A stretch of DNA of 64,000 bases from Candidatus Zhuqueibacterota bacterium (GTDB lineage Bacteria > Zhuqueibacterota > Zhuqueibacteria > JANLFK01 > Oleimicrobiaceae). Below the pieces are notes generated by a model that did not search any database, was not told the origin of the DNA, and saw only the letters and a program-made list of their open reading frames with translations. Both the position numbers and the translations under genes were made by a program. Below, one piece after another: positions 26,629 through 36,470 of this stretch; position 1 is the stretch's first letter; every line of letters begins with the position of its first letter. The stretch spans positions 242,610 through 306,609 of the forward strand of contig JANLFK010000002.1 of the NCBI GenBank assembly GCA_024655945.1, in the 5' to 3' direction.

Positions 26629-27396
26629 ATGGCAAGAATTCAATTGAACATCCTCTTTTCAGATGACGCAGTGCTGGCCGTGGACAAACCACCAGGGCTG
26701 CTCACCATCCCGGACCGCTGGGATGCTGCGCGGCCCAACCTCCTGGCCGTGCTACGCGCCACTCATGCAGGGGAGCAGATCCTGCCGGTGCACCGCCTGG
26801 ACGAGGGCACAAGTGGGGTGGTGCTCTTCGCTAAGGGAAAGGAGGCCCACCGCGCGCTCTGCCTGCAGCTTCAAGAGCGCGCCATGGTCAAGGTCTATTT
26901 GGCCATAGTCCTCGGTGAAGTGGCGCAGAACGGCACAATTGGCCTGCCGCTGGCCGCCGATAGTCGGCGGCGTGGGCACGTGGTCGTACGCAGCTACGGC
27001 AAGAAATCACAAAGCGACTACCAGGTGCTGGAGCGTTTTCGCGGGTACACCTTGCTGCGCGTGGTGCCGCGCACCGGCCGGACGCACCAGATTCGCGCCC
27101 ACCTGCAGGCCATCGGGCACCAGCTGGCGGTCGACCGCTCCTATGGCGGCCGGCCTGCCCTCTACCTCTCGGAGCTCAAGACGCATTACAAGCGGAAACA
27201 AGACCAGGAAGAGCGACCACTCCTGAGCAGGCCGGCACTGCATGCGGCTGAGCTTCACTTCGTATCGCCGAGCAGTGGCAAGGTGGTGGTGCAGGCCCCG
27301 CTGCCCAAGGATTTTCGCGCCCTGCTGCACGCGTTGCGCAAATATCGGCCTCTGCCAGAGTGGGAATCCGGCCGGGCTGGCATGAGGAACATCTGA
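26629..27396 (+). CDS. RluA-family pseudouridine synthase
   Basis: ...VLAVDKPPGLLTIP... and ...HRLDEGTSGVVLFAKG... (catalytic Asp motif) and ...RTGRTHQIRAHL.... Confidence 0.85.
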   Translation: MARIQLNILFSDDAVLAVDKPPGLLTIPDRWDAARPNLLAVLRATHAGEQILPVHRLDEGTSGVVLFAKGKEAHRALCLQLQERAMVKVYLAIVLGEVAQNGTIGLPLAADSRRRGHVVVRSYGKKSQSDYQVLERFRGYTLLRVVPRTGRTHQIRAHLQAIGHQLAVDRSYGGRPALYLSELKTHYKRKQDQEERPLLSRPALHAAELHFVSPSSGKVVVQAPLPKDFRALLHALRKYRPLPEWESGRAGMRNI

Positions 27397-27593
27397 AGCA
27401 GCCACCGCACGAGAAAAGCCGCGCGCCTCAAGGGCCAGTCCGCCTGTGCTGGGCACGCCGGACTGATATGTCGCGCGGGCAACTTGCCGGAGGCCCTTTG
27501 GGCGCAGAACGGAAACGCAGGCGAGGCAATGCACGCAAAGAGAGCCCCGGAGCGGATGACGAGGCGTGGTGCGCGCTGTGTTGAGGACAAGGC

Positions 27594-28703
27594 GTGGCAA
27601 GCGAACGCTGCAAGCTCTGCGGTCAGCCAGGATTAGTCAGTCGGGCCCTGGGCGTCTGTGCCAGCTGCATAGTGCAGCGGGAGGTGCAGGCAAAGGAATT
27701 CGTGCGGCAGGCGCATCGTGCGGCGCGCCGACCCTTTGATGTGCCCGACGAAATGCCCAGGGCCGCAGAGGGTGTGGGTTGCAAGGGGTGTGGCAACAAT
27801 TGCCGCATGCCCCTTGGCGGGCGCGGCTACTGCGGGCTGCGGCGCAACGAGGGCGGCAGGCTCATGCAACTGGCGGGCACGCCGCGCGGCGCCCTGGTGA
27901 GCTGGTACCACGACCCCCTGCCCACCAATTGCGTGGCAAGCTGGGTCTGTCCAGCCGGCGCAGAAGTCGGCTATCCCGATTTCCCCTATGCTCCCGGGCC
28001 TGAGTACGGCTACACAAACCTCGCCGTCTTCTACAAGGCGTGTAGCTTTGATTGCCTGTTCTGCCAGAACTGGCACTACCGGGAAGCAAAGCCCACCAAC
28101 AGACAGCGCTCTGCGCAGGAGCTGGCAGCAGCCGTGGACCGGCGAACCGCCTGCATCTGTTACTTCGGCGGTGACCCTGCGCCTCAAGTGGCGCACGCCT
28201 TGGCCGCCTCGCGTCTTGCGCTCCGTGCCAACGCAGGGCGGCCGCTGCGCATCTGCTGGGAGACAAACGGCAGCGTCGGCCTCCCTGCGCTGCGCAAGAT
28301 GGCGGATCTCTCCCTGCGCAGCGGCGGCTGCATCAAGATCGACCTCAAAGCCTTCACGCCGCAGCTGCACGAGGCGCTGTGCGGCACGAGCAACGCCCAG
28401 ACCATAGCGAATGTGGCCTGGCTGGCAAGGCTCGCCCGGCAACGCCCCTCCGTGCCCCTCCTTGTGGTCAGCACTCTGCTTGTTCCGGGCTACGTGGAGG
28501 CCGACGAGGTTCGTCGCATTGCCGGCTTTATCGCCTCCCTGCACCAGGACACGCCCTATTCGCTGCTCGCCTTTTACCCCCAGTTCTTCATGAGTGACCT
28601 TCCTGCAACTTCGCGGGAACAGGCCTACTCCTGCGTGGAGGCGGCACGGGCTGCCGGGCTGCGGCGCGTCCACTTGGGCAACCAGCACCTGCTGGGCCTG
28701 TAG
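27594..28703 (+). CDS. Radical SAM protein, PflA / AmmeMemoRadiSam-like, with an extra N-terminal Cys-rich (Zn-ribbon-like) segment
   Basis: CxxxCxxC core ...ACSFDCLFCQNWHY.... N-terminal CKLCGQ...CASC. The start codon may be a nearby GTG. Confidence 0.75.
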   Translation: MASERCKLCGQPGLVSRALGVCASCIVQREVQAKEFVRQAHRAARRPFDVPDEMPRAAEGVGCKGCGNNCRMPLGGRGYCGLRRNEGGRLMQLAGTPRGALVSWYHDPLPTNCVASWVCPAGAEVGYPDFPYAPGPEYGYTNLAVFYKACSFDCLFCQNWHYREAKPTNRQRSAQELAAAVDRRTACICYFGGDPAPQVAHALAASRLALRANAGRPLRICWETNGSVGLPALRKMADLSLRSGGCIKIDLKAFTPQLHEALCGTSNAQTIANVAWLARLARQRPSVPLLVVSTLLVPGYVEADEVRRIAGFIASLHQDTPYSLLAFYPQFFMSDLPATSREQAYSCVEAARAAGLRRVHLGNQHLLGL

Positions 28704-29001
28704 GAAATCAGGCGCGGGGGAGGATTCGCCGGGAGCTGAACGCCCGCTGGCTCACGGAGAGGCGCGGCGCTGCTGTGCTCTGGCCGCAAGGAGCAAAGAG
28801 CACATTTCCCGAACCTGGAGCGGAAAGTTGGCCCACGCTCCTCCTCCCTTCTGCCGACTCCAGGAGAGATGTTCGGGAGCACGCCCGTGGCAATGGCCGC
28901 TCCCACCAGCAGGCCCCAGGAGGACAACCCCGGGCGCACTGCCGGTATCCTGTCGCGAGCGGAGGCTGCGCGCTTCACGCGCAGTCACTCACCGCTAGGA
29001 T

Positions 29002-30243
29002 TCACATCTTCGCCGTTGCCTGCTCCAGCCAGGCCAGCATGGCCTCCAGAGCAGCCAGCACCTCGTCGACTTCATGCTCCTGAATGGTCAGCGGCGGCAG
29101 CAGCTGGTTCACCGACTGGTCGTTGTTGGCGTAAATGCAGAGCAGCCCAAACCGGAACCCTGCCAAGGTGAGCAGGGGCCCCATCGCCTCGTGGGCAAGC
29201 TTCAGTCCCAGCATCAAACCGCGCTGGCGCACCTCCACCAACACCCCGCCGTGCCGCTCCTTCAGCCTTGCTAAGCCCTCGGCAAAGCGCGCCGCCATCC
29301 GCCGCACGTGCGCCAGGAATTCGGGCTCCTCGAGGATGGCGAGCACTTCCAGGGCGACGCGACAGCCGACCTCCGCGCCGCCAAAAGTGGAGATGTGGCT
29401 GAAAGGGTTCTCATGCAAGAAGGGGTTGAGGTGCTCCCTGTAGATGGTGGCGGAAATCGGATAGAGACCACCGGAGAGTCCTTTGGCGGTGACCAGAATG
29501 TCGGGAACTACGCCGAAGGTGTCGATGCCCCAGAGTGCCCCGCATCTGCCCAGACCGCTCTGCACCTCATCGATAATCATCACCGCCCCATGCCGATCGC
29601 ACAGCCGGCGCACCCCGGCAAAATAGTCCTCGGGTGGCACCACGATGCCCATGGTGGCGGGAATGGTCTCGAAGATGACGGCAGCGGTGTCAGCGTCCAT
29701 GGCGGCAGCCAATGCTGCCAAGTCACCAAAGGGCACTTGCACAAAGCCTGGTGCTAAGGGTGCAAAAGGCGCACTGTACTTGGCGTCCCCTGCGGCCAAG
29801 GCAAAGCCGGTGTGGCCGTGATACCCGCCGTTGGCACAGATGACCTTCGGCCTGCGCGTGTGGGCCCGCGCTATCTTGATGGCCATGTCAATGGCCTCGC
29901 CCCCTCCTACCCCGAACACCACCCTGCTCAGGTGCCCTGGACAGAGGGCCACTAATCGTTCCGCCAGCAGAGCACGCTGTTCGCTGATGAAGTGATGGTT
30001 GCCAATGTCCAGCTCCTCCAAGGCAGCCTCCAACGCGGCAACCACCCGCGGGTGGCGGTGACCGAGGTTGAACACCCCGCCATTGCAGTGACAATCGATG
30101 AGTCGTTGCCGGCCCGTCACATCCCAGACGTACACCCCCTCTCTCCTGCCAAACACAAAGTCGATGCCGGCTTTGCGAAAAAACTCCACCTTGCCACTGG
30201 ACACATGACGCGCAAAGCTCTCGATAATCCGCTCCTTGGGCAT
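29002..30243 (-). CDS. Class III (acetylornithine / GABA / omega-amino acid type) PLP aminotransferase
   Basis: ...GNHHFISEQRALLAERL...VVFGVGGGEAIDMAIKIAR... and ...IIDEVQSGLGRCG... motifs. The 308-aa ORF 29888..30814 in another frame is an artefact. Confidence 0.85.
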   Translation of the reverse strand: MPKERIIESFARHVSSGKVEFFRKAGIDFVFGRREGVYVWDVTGRQRLIDCHCNGGVFNLGHRHPRVVAALEAALEELDIGNHHFISEQRALLAERLVALCPGHLSRVVFGVGGGEAIDMAIKIARAHTRRPKVICANGGYHGHTGFALAAGDAKYSAPFAPLAPGFVQVPFGDLAALAAAMDADTAAVIFETIPATMGIVVPPEDYFAGVRRLCDRHGAVMIIDEVQSGLGRCGALWGIDTFGVVPDILVTAKGLSGGLYPISATIYREHLNPFLHENPFSHISTFGGAEVGCRVALEVLAILEEPEFLAHVRRMAARFAEGLARLKERHGGVLVEVRQRGLMLGLKLAHEAMGPLLTLAGFRFGLLCIYANNDQSVNQLLPPLTIQEHEVDEVLAALEAMLAWLEQATAKM

Positions 30244-30273
30244 GCCACCGATAACGGCCATCTCTGTCCTCCT

Positions 30274-31077
30274 CTAACGCTTGATCTTGTCCGGCAAAAT
30301 GTATGGGTACTCGCCTCCCAATAGCCGTGTGCGCAGGAAGCGGTCGATCTTCCTCATGCCGAGGTAGAGCCTCCAGATGAGGGCGTCCTCCCGGTAATAT
30401 GCGGCCACCTCCTTGTCGGCGATTGGGGCAATGTGCAAGTCGGCCGCCTCTTGCGCAAAAAAGGCATTGGCCACGCGGAGGACCAAGGGGATCAACTCCG
30501 GGCGCTGCTCTTTGTAGAAATTCGCCGCCAAATCCACCACCACCCGCCGAAAGTCGTAGTAGCGGTCCACAACGTCCTTGAGGAAAAAGAGGCGGAGGAT
30601 CCACACCAAGAAAGAGGGGGCGCTGCGCAGGAACAACTCCGTGTCCAACTGCTCCACCCCGCGCACGCGGAAGAGCGGGGTGCTGGTGTCGAGGTAGAGG
30701 AGCGGCGCCTGGGCAATGTCCTGCGCGCTCCCCTCCCATCGCGCAGGCGCCCAATTGGAAATCTGGCCGTCGATGGCAACCTGCAGGTGCTCCTGCCGCC
30801 GGTTGAAGAGCCACACCTTGCGCAGCTCCCTGAGCACGCGCCCCTCCAGGAAGCCGACCTCCTCCGGCGCGAGCCGGTGGATGAGGCGATTGCCGATGGA
30901 CTCGGCCGGCAATTGCGCCTGCACGATGTAGAAGACAGGCCGCCCCATGCGGCCGCGGATGACCTGGTACCCATGAGGCGGAAGCGCAAGGCCGATGTCC
31001 TCCTCCAACAGCCGGCAGTACTCCTGGTAGACCGAGGCGTAGCGACGCACCTCATCGTCATTCAGGAATAGAGGCAT
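30274..31077 (-). CDS. Hypothetical protein
   Basis: ORF 30274..31194, tentatively started at MPLFLNDDEV. No recognisable family. Positionally coupled to the aminotransferase. Confidence 0.4.
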   Translation of the reverse strand: MPLFLNDDEVRRYASVYQEYCRLLEEDIGLALPPHGYQVIRGRMGRPVFYIVQAQLPAESIGNRLIHRLAPEEVGFLEGRVLRELRKVWLFNRRQEHLQVAIDGQISNWAPARWEGSAQDIAQAPLLYLDTSTPLFRVRGVEQLDTELFLRSAPSFLVWILRLFFLKDVVDRYYDFRRVVVDLAANFYKEQRPELIPLVLRVANAFFAQEAADLHIAPIADKEVAAYYREDALIWRLYLGMRKIDRFLRTRLLGGEYPYILPDKIKR

Positions 31078-31532
31078 GCGCTTGAAGGCCAGGCCGCGCA
31101 GGCCATCCGCGTCAAATTGCGAACACCGTGCTGATTTCGCCAAAGCCGAGCACGCGCGCGGGAATGGCGCTCCGCTCTGGGACACGGGGGTCAAGTCCGC
31201 GCTCGAAGCGCTGAAGGAGCTCGGCGTCCACCGAAATTGACAAACCTCCTGTCGCCCTCATGTGCGCATCTTCTCCCTCTCCTTTCCTATGCCAAGCGCC
31301 GCGTGGCGAAGCATGTTGCTGCCAGACGCCCCTGCACGACAACGTGCCAAAACATGGCCTCCTGTCGACGAAGTCGCCGCAGGCAAGAAGCCATGCTGGT
31401 GGCGTGAGGCTCCAGCTCGTCGGTGACAAGCACAACAACGACCCTTGCGCGCAGAAGGCGGAGTGCGGCAGGCACCTCTTGCCGACGGCAAGGTCAGCCC
31501 GTCGGCCGCGGCGCGAGGCCAAAAGGCCGGCG

Positions 31533-32468
31533 CTATCTCTGGCCGCCGAATCCCTGCAGATTCACCAGCGGCACGATGTTCTGCGGCAGCACGCCCCACT
31601 GGATGTTCGGCGCCAGCTTCTGGACGAACTCCCACTGGATGATGGTGGGGTTCTTGCTCAGCGCTGCCTGTCGGATCTCGATGCTCTTGGCGTCGCCCTC
31701 GGCCGCGACAATCTTCTGCTCCTTGCGGATCTTCTCCTGCTCCAGCTTGTTCTTCTCGGTGGTGATGTTCTCCAAGGCGATTTGCTTCTCCTCGAGCGTG
31801 CGCGCGTACTCCGGCGTGAAGGTGATGTTGCGCAGCACCAGCTCGTCCAAGATCAGGCCGTTGGCGGCAAATTTCGGGGCGAGCTCGTCGAACAGCGCCT
31901 GCTGAGCATCGTAGCTGCGCCGGGTGTAGAGGTCGTACGAGGCGAACTTGGTGGGTACGCGCCGCCCCGAGCCACGGATCTCCGTCTTGACGACCTTCTC
32001 CACATAGTCGCGCTCGGTGCCGAGGTTCTGCAGGATCCAGGGCGCCATGCCGGGTTGGATCATGAAGCGCGCGGTGATGCCGACGCGGATCTGCTGCCCG
32101 TCCGAGGTCAGGGCGCTGATGACCACATCCGGAAAGTCAGCCCGGCTCTGACTCGGCTCGTCGGAGGCCTCGTAGGTCTTTTTGATGGTGGGGAAGATGA
32201 CCACCCGGTTTACCACCGGAATCACCACGTGCATGCCCGGGGGCAGCTCGCGATGCACGGCGCCGAGCCGTTTGACCACCCCCACCGTGCCGGCTTGAAT
32301 GATGACCACCGCATCAACGATGAGCACAAACAGCACGATCGCCGCTAAAGCCAGGAGAATCGTCTTGCTGCCAAAGGCGGGGAGCTTCATCCCTCTCTGG
32401 CGCAGCGAAGCCAGCACCAGCTGCAGGACGAATAGGACAATCAATGCTGTGATCAGGTAGCCTGCCAT
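31533..32468 (-). CDS. SPFH / band-7 (prohibitin/stomatin-like) membrane protein
   Basis: N-terminal TM helix, then the SPFH core, then a coiled-coil rich ...EKQIALENITTEKNKLEQEKIRKEQKIVAAEGDAKSIEI.... Confidence 0.85.
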   Translation of the reverse strand: MAGYLITALIVLFVLQLVLASLRQRGMKLPAFGSKTILLALAAIVLFVLIVDAVVIIQAGTVGVVKRLGAVHRELPPGMHVVIPVVNRVVIFPTIKKTYEASDEPSQSRADFPDVVISALTSDGQQIRVGITARFMIQPGMAPWILQNLGTERDYVEKVVKTEIRGSGRRVPTKFASYDLYTRRSYDAQQALFDELAPKFAANGLILDELVLRNITFTPEYARTLEEKQIALENITTEKNKLEQEKIRKEQKIVAAEGDAKSIEIRQAALSKNPTIIQWEFVQKLAPNIQWGVLPQNIVPLVNLQGFGGQR

Positions 32469-32833
32469 GATTACCTCCAAGCTTGGGGTACAAAGCTACA
32501 GCCGCCGAGCGTCGCAGCACACGACAGCCAGGCACAGAACCTCCCTCTCCCTGACCTAGCTACCCCCCGCCACTTTCGCTCCCTTGTCCCTCAAGAGCCC
32601 CATCTGCTGACAGCCCGTGTAGCGCAAACCTCTGCTTTGCGCCGCGCCCTACAACTTCCGCTGCCCTCGTTTCTGATGAACCCACTGCCAGGACAACGTC
32701 AACTCCTTCGAGCCTCCGGGGGGTGCGCCGGAGCACAAACGAGGCTACTGGCAAAGAGCCCAGCTCGTGCATCAGGAGCGTTCTCAGCAAAACCTCCGGG
32801 CGGTTCTACCAGGGTCCGTCTCTTCTCCTCGGC

Positions 32834-33835
32834 CTAAGGCCCGTTGCGAACCACTTCCTCGCGCAGCGGAAACAGGTCAAACGCCCCACCGGTGTGGATG
32901 AACAGCACCCTCTCACCGGGGCGGAACCGACCCCGCCTTATCTGATCCACCAGCCCGTACATGGCCTTGCCGGTGTAGACCGGATCTAGCAGCACTCCCT
33001 CCGTACGCGCCACCTGGCGGATGAAGGCTAACTCCTCAGGCCGACTCAGTCCGTACCCCAATCCCACATAGCCGTCGACAATCTCGATCTCCTCCGGGCT
33101 GTAAGCGAACTCCGCGCCGAATTGCGCCCGGAACTCTTCGATAATGCCAGCGATGCGGTGCACGAAATACGCCGCGTCGTCACACACGTTGATGCCCACC
33201 ACACGGGCGCGCAGGCCGCTTAGCTTGCTGGCCAGAAACATGCCCGCGTAGGTGCCGCCGGAGCCCACGGCAAAAACCACCGCATCAAACGACACGCCGA
33301 GCTCTTCCTGGTCACGGGCGATCTCCTGGCCGGCCTGCAGGTACCCCAGCGCGCCTACGGCATTGGAGGCCCCCTCCGGGATCACATAAGCACGCTCGCC
33401 GTCGCGCTCCAGCTCGGCCGCCTTCTCGGCCATGATCTCGTCGCGATGAGCATAATACTGCTCAGGGGTGATGAAGCTCATCTCCGCGCCCACCAACTTG
33501 GCGATGAGGGTGTTGCCGTCATAAACCTCAGGGGGTTCGCCCCGGAGCACAAGGTGGCACTTTAACCCAAGGCGTGCGGCTGCCACTGCCGTTGCGCGCG
33601 CATGGTTGGAATGAGTGCCCCCACAGGTGATGAGGACCGTCGCTCCGTGGCGCAGCGCGTCGGCAACGACGAACTCCAGTTTGCGCACCTTGTTGCCGCT
33701 GAGGGCAAACCCAGTGAGATCGTCCCGCTTGAGGTAGATTTCCGGCCCTTCCAAGCTGCTGGACAACCGGGGAAGGTGATGCACAGGCGTGGGAAGATGG
33801 GCAAGTGACACGCGCGGCGGAAACGCGAAATGCAC
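32834..33835 (-). CDS. D-cysteine desulfhydrase / ACC-deaminase family PLP enzyme
   Basis: ...LPTPVHHLPRLS...IYLKRDDLTGFALSGNKVRKLEFV... Start set at the GTG of VHFAFPP, with a GAGGAGGAT RBS 7 nt upstream. The TTG-initiated Arg-rich 35-aa extension was rejected. Confidence 0.75.
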   Translation of the reverse strand: MHFAFPPRVSLAHLPTPVHHLPRLSSSLEGPEIYLKRDDLTGFALSGNKVRKLEFVVADALRHGATVLITCGGTHSNHARATAVAAARLGLKCHLVLRGEPPEVYDGNTLIAKLVGAEMSFITPEQYYAHRDEIMAEKAAELERDGERAYVIPEGASNAVGALGYLQAGQEIARDQEELGVSFDAVVFAVGSGGTYAGMFLASKLSGLRARVVGINVCDDAAYFVHRIAGIIEEFRAQFGAEFAYSPEEIEIVDGYVGLGYGLSRPEELAFIRQVARTEGVLLDPVYTGKAMYGLVDQIRRGRFRPGERVLFIHTGGAFDLFPLREEVVRNGP

Positions 33836-33975
33836 GGCAGATCCTCCTCGTGGAATGTGGGAGACAGGCTCTGTAGCCCCGAGGGGACGAGATGGTCTAG
33901 CACGCCGTCTGGCGCTCCCCCGAGGCAGCAACCAGGACAAAAAGGCGCTGCCGTCCGTAGCAGCGCCTCACAGAT

Positions 33976-34917
33976 TCAACTCAAGATTTGGGCAGCAAGC
34001 AGGATGGCCCCAATCACCCCGGCGTCGTTGCCAAGCTCCGCCGGCCGGATCTGTAGCCCCTTCCAGGCAGTGGGCATTGCCCTTTCGCGCACCGCCTGCG
34101 CCACGCGGTCGATGAAAAAGGGGCCGGCATCGGCAACTCCGCCACCGATGACCACCATCTCCGGATTGAGGGCATTGGCGAAGCTGGCAATGCCCGCGCC
34201 GAGGTACTGGCTGGTCAGCTCAACGGCGGCCACGGCCTCCGGCTCGCCCAACTTGGCGCGTTCAAAAACTAACTTGGCATCTACCTCGGAGGGTACCGGC
34301 TTGCCGGCCTGCTGAAGCCGGGCCGTATACTCCCGCACGGTAGCTGGTGCGGAGGCGTACTGCTCCAGACAGCCGCGCCCGCCGCATGGGCAAGGCCGAC
34401 CGTTGAACTCTACCAGCGTGTGGCCGAGCTCGGCGCCGGCAAAATGGTTGCCGCGGTAGATTTCGCCGTTCAGGTACAGCCCGCCGCCAATGCCCGTGCC
34501 CACGGTTAGGCACACCACGTGGCGACAGCCCTTGGCGGCGCCCACGGTCACCTCTGCCAAGGTCATCAAATTGGCATCGTTGTCCGCGAACGTGGGAAGG
34601 CCGAAATGGCAGGCCATCCTCCCGGCGATCTCCACGTTTGCCCAGTGCGGAAGATTGGGGCTCTGCCCCACCAGTCGGCCCCTGTGCACATCGATCACTC
34701 CTGGGCTGCCCACCCCGACAGCCTGCACCACGCCCCCGTACTGTTCGGCGGCCACGAGCAGTTCCTCCACGGCAGCGAACATATTTTCAAAGATGACGTC
34801 CGCCGGGGCCGTGGCCTCAGAAGGACGCTTCCCTTTCTGCAAGAGGCGACCTTTCATGTCGCCCAAGGCCGACTTCAAGAAGGTTCCACCCAGATCCAGC
34901 CCTATGATGAGCTTCAT
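33976..34917 (-). CDS. ROK-family sugar kinase (glucokinase-like)
   Basis: MKLIIGLDLGGTFLK... N-terminus and ...CPCGGRGCLEQYAS... Zn motif. GGTGGAG RBS. Confidence 0.85.
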   Translation of the reverse strand: MKLIIGLDLGGTFLKSALGDMKGRLLQKGKRPSEATAPADVIFENMFAAVEELLVAAEQYGGVVQAVGVGSPGVIDVHRGRLVGQSPNLPHWANVEIAGRMACHFGLPTFADNDANLMTLAEVTVGAAKGCRHVVCLTVGTGIGGGLYLNGEIYRGNHFAGAELGHTLVEFNGRPCPCGGRGCLEQYASAPATVREYTARLQQAGKPVPSEVDAKLVFERAKLGEPEAVAAVELTSQYLGAGIASFANALNPEMVVIGGGVADAGPFFIDRVAQAVRERAMPTAWKGLQIRPAELGNDAGVIGAILLAAQILS

Positions 34918-34957
34918 GGCGCCGCTCCACCTTCGCCTTGCCTGTGAAAAGTAGCCA

Positions 34958-35266
34958 TCACGCCTTGAGCTCGTAGTAGCCATCTTTGACCTTTTCAATG
35001 GTGATCTTGTGGCCATAGCGGAGAGGGATGCTGCCCACGAAGGGGCGCAGGTCGATGCGATAGCTCCTGGTCGGCTTGCGCGGGCCCATGCTCCAGCACT
35101 CCACTGCGGCCACGGCCACCTCGTGGTACTTGCCGCCCACCTTCAACTTGAACGGTTTGCCCGGCGCAGGGAAAAGCTCCAAGCTCCCCTTTTGCACCAA
35201 AAGGTACTGCCCCCGCACCTCTTCATCTGACAACTTGCGAACGCAGACAGGGCGCTCCTTTGCCAC
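34958..35266 (-). CDS. Small hypothetical protein (102 aa)
   Basis: ORF only; no recognisable motif. Confidence 0.35.
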   Translation of the reverse strand: MAKERPVCVRKLSDEEVRGQYLLVQKGSLELFPAPGKPFKLKVGGKYHEVAVAAVECWSMGPRKPTRSYRIDLRPFVGSIPLRYGHKITIEKVKDGYYELKA

Positions 35267-35337
35267 AGGTCTTCCCTCCAGAGTTGTACCAAAGAAATGG
35301 CTGCGCAGCGTTTGTCACTTAGCGGAAGAAGGGAGCC

Positions 35338-35811
35338 TTACAGTTCCGCCACAATGGCGTTCAGGTCGGTCAAGTGCTGCTGTTCCTCCCGGATGGTGAC
35401 GTCGACATGCTTGCGCTCCGCGTCCGGGACATGCTTGCGCAGTTCCTCCAGCAGGAGCAGGGTGCTCCGCTCCGTCTCAATGGCCAGCTTGACGGCGTCG
35501 ACGTCGGACTTTTCCTGGGCCATTGCCGCCGCAGCCTCGGCGTCGGGAAAAATCTTGTAGTTGAGCAGCGCCTTGACATAGGCGTCGTACTCGCCAGGGT
35601 AGCTTTCTGCCACCTCGGGTTCACCCAAGCGCTCCAGGAGTTCGGTGAACAACTTCTCGTGGTGGCGCTCCTGCTCGGCGATGCGGGCAGCCGCCTCCCG
35701 CAGCTTCTTGGAGCTCGCCTTTTTGGCCAGGGCGGTGTAGTAGGCCGCCCCGTTCTGCTCCTCGGTGATGTTCATCTTGACGATCTCGTTGGCGTAGAAT
35801 AGGTGTGCCAT
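35338..35811 (-). CDS. Ferritin-like / rubrerythrin-like four-helix-bundle protein
   Basis: Paired ...E...ExxH... patterns (...IAEQERHHEKL... and ...IREEQQHLTDL...). Confidence 0.55.
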   Translation of the reverse strand: MAHLFYANEIVKMNITEEQNGAAYYTALAKKASSKKLREAAARIAEQERHHEKLFTELLERLGEPEVAESYPGEYDAYVKALLNYKIFPDAEAAAAMAQEKSDVDAVKLAIETERSTLLLLEELRKHVPDAERKHVDVTIREEQQHLTDLNAIVAEL

Positions 35812-35851
35812 GGCTTTCTCCTCGCTGATTCCAGTCTGCTATCTGCGACTA

Positions 35852-36466
35852 TCACTCCCACGGTCGGTGCAACAATACCTCAGGGCGGCGCTCGAACCCC
35901 AAGTCCTCCTTGCCGGCATGGTAGCGCTGGCGGAAGGAGCGTTTCACCTCGCCCAGGTCGGTGTCGATGTAGTCGACCTCATCACTGCCCTCGCGTCTTC
36001 GGATCCACTGCAGCGACCCGTTTTGCATGCGATCGATGAAGAGGATGCCGTCGATGTGGTCGATTTCGTGTTGGAAGATGCGGGCCAACAGTCCCCGCGC
36101 GACCAATTCCACCTGCCGCCCTTCCGGGTCGAGTCCGCGCACCACCACCTTGTTGGCGCGTTCCACCTGCGCCTGCAGTCCCGGCAGGCTCAAGCACCCC
36201 TCCGAGTCGACGTTGGTGCGCGCGCTCCAGCTCACAATCTCCGGGTTGATGAGGATGTGCAGCTGCTCCTCGTAGGCCACCACGATGATGCGCCTGGGGA
36301 GCCCGACCTGGTTTGCTGCCAGTCCGACCCCGTCCGCCTCGCGCATGGTGTGTACCATGGCCGGGATGATGGCGCGGACCTCGTCGAGAGCCTCCACCGG
36401 CGCGGCCGGCGTGCGTAGCACCGGATCGCCGTACACCCTCACCTGCAGGAGCCTGCTCTCCTCCAT
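35852..36466 (-). CDS. def: Peptide deformylase with a ~35-aa C-terminal extension
   Basis: ...GVGLAANQVG..., ...EGCLSLPG..., ...QHEIDHIDG... motifs. Start at MEESRLLQV. Confidence 0.85.
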   Translation of the reverse strand: MEESRLLQVRVYGDPVLRTPAAPVEALDEVRAIIPAMVHTMREADGVGLAANQVGLPRRIIVVAYEEQLHILINPEIVSWSARTNVDSEGCLSLPGLQAQVERANKVVVRGLDPEGRQVELVARGLLARIFQHEIDHIDGILFIDRMQNGSLQWIRRREGSDEVDYIDTDLGEVKRSFRQRYHAGKEDLGFERRPEVLLHRPWE

Positions 36467-36470
36467 GCCC

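Noticed and set aside
29888-30814. 308-aa minus-strand ORF, Pro/Gly/Arg-rich
   Set aside because: Out of frame within the class III aminotransferase and the downstream hypothetical gene. Low-complexity composition.
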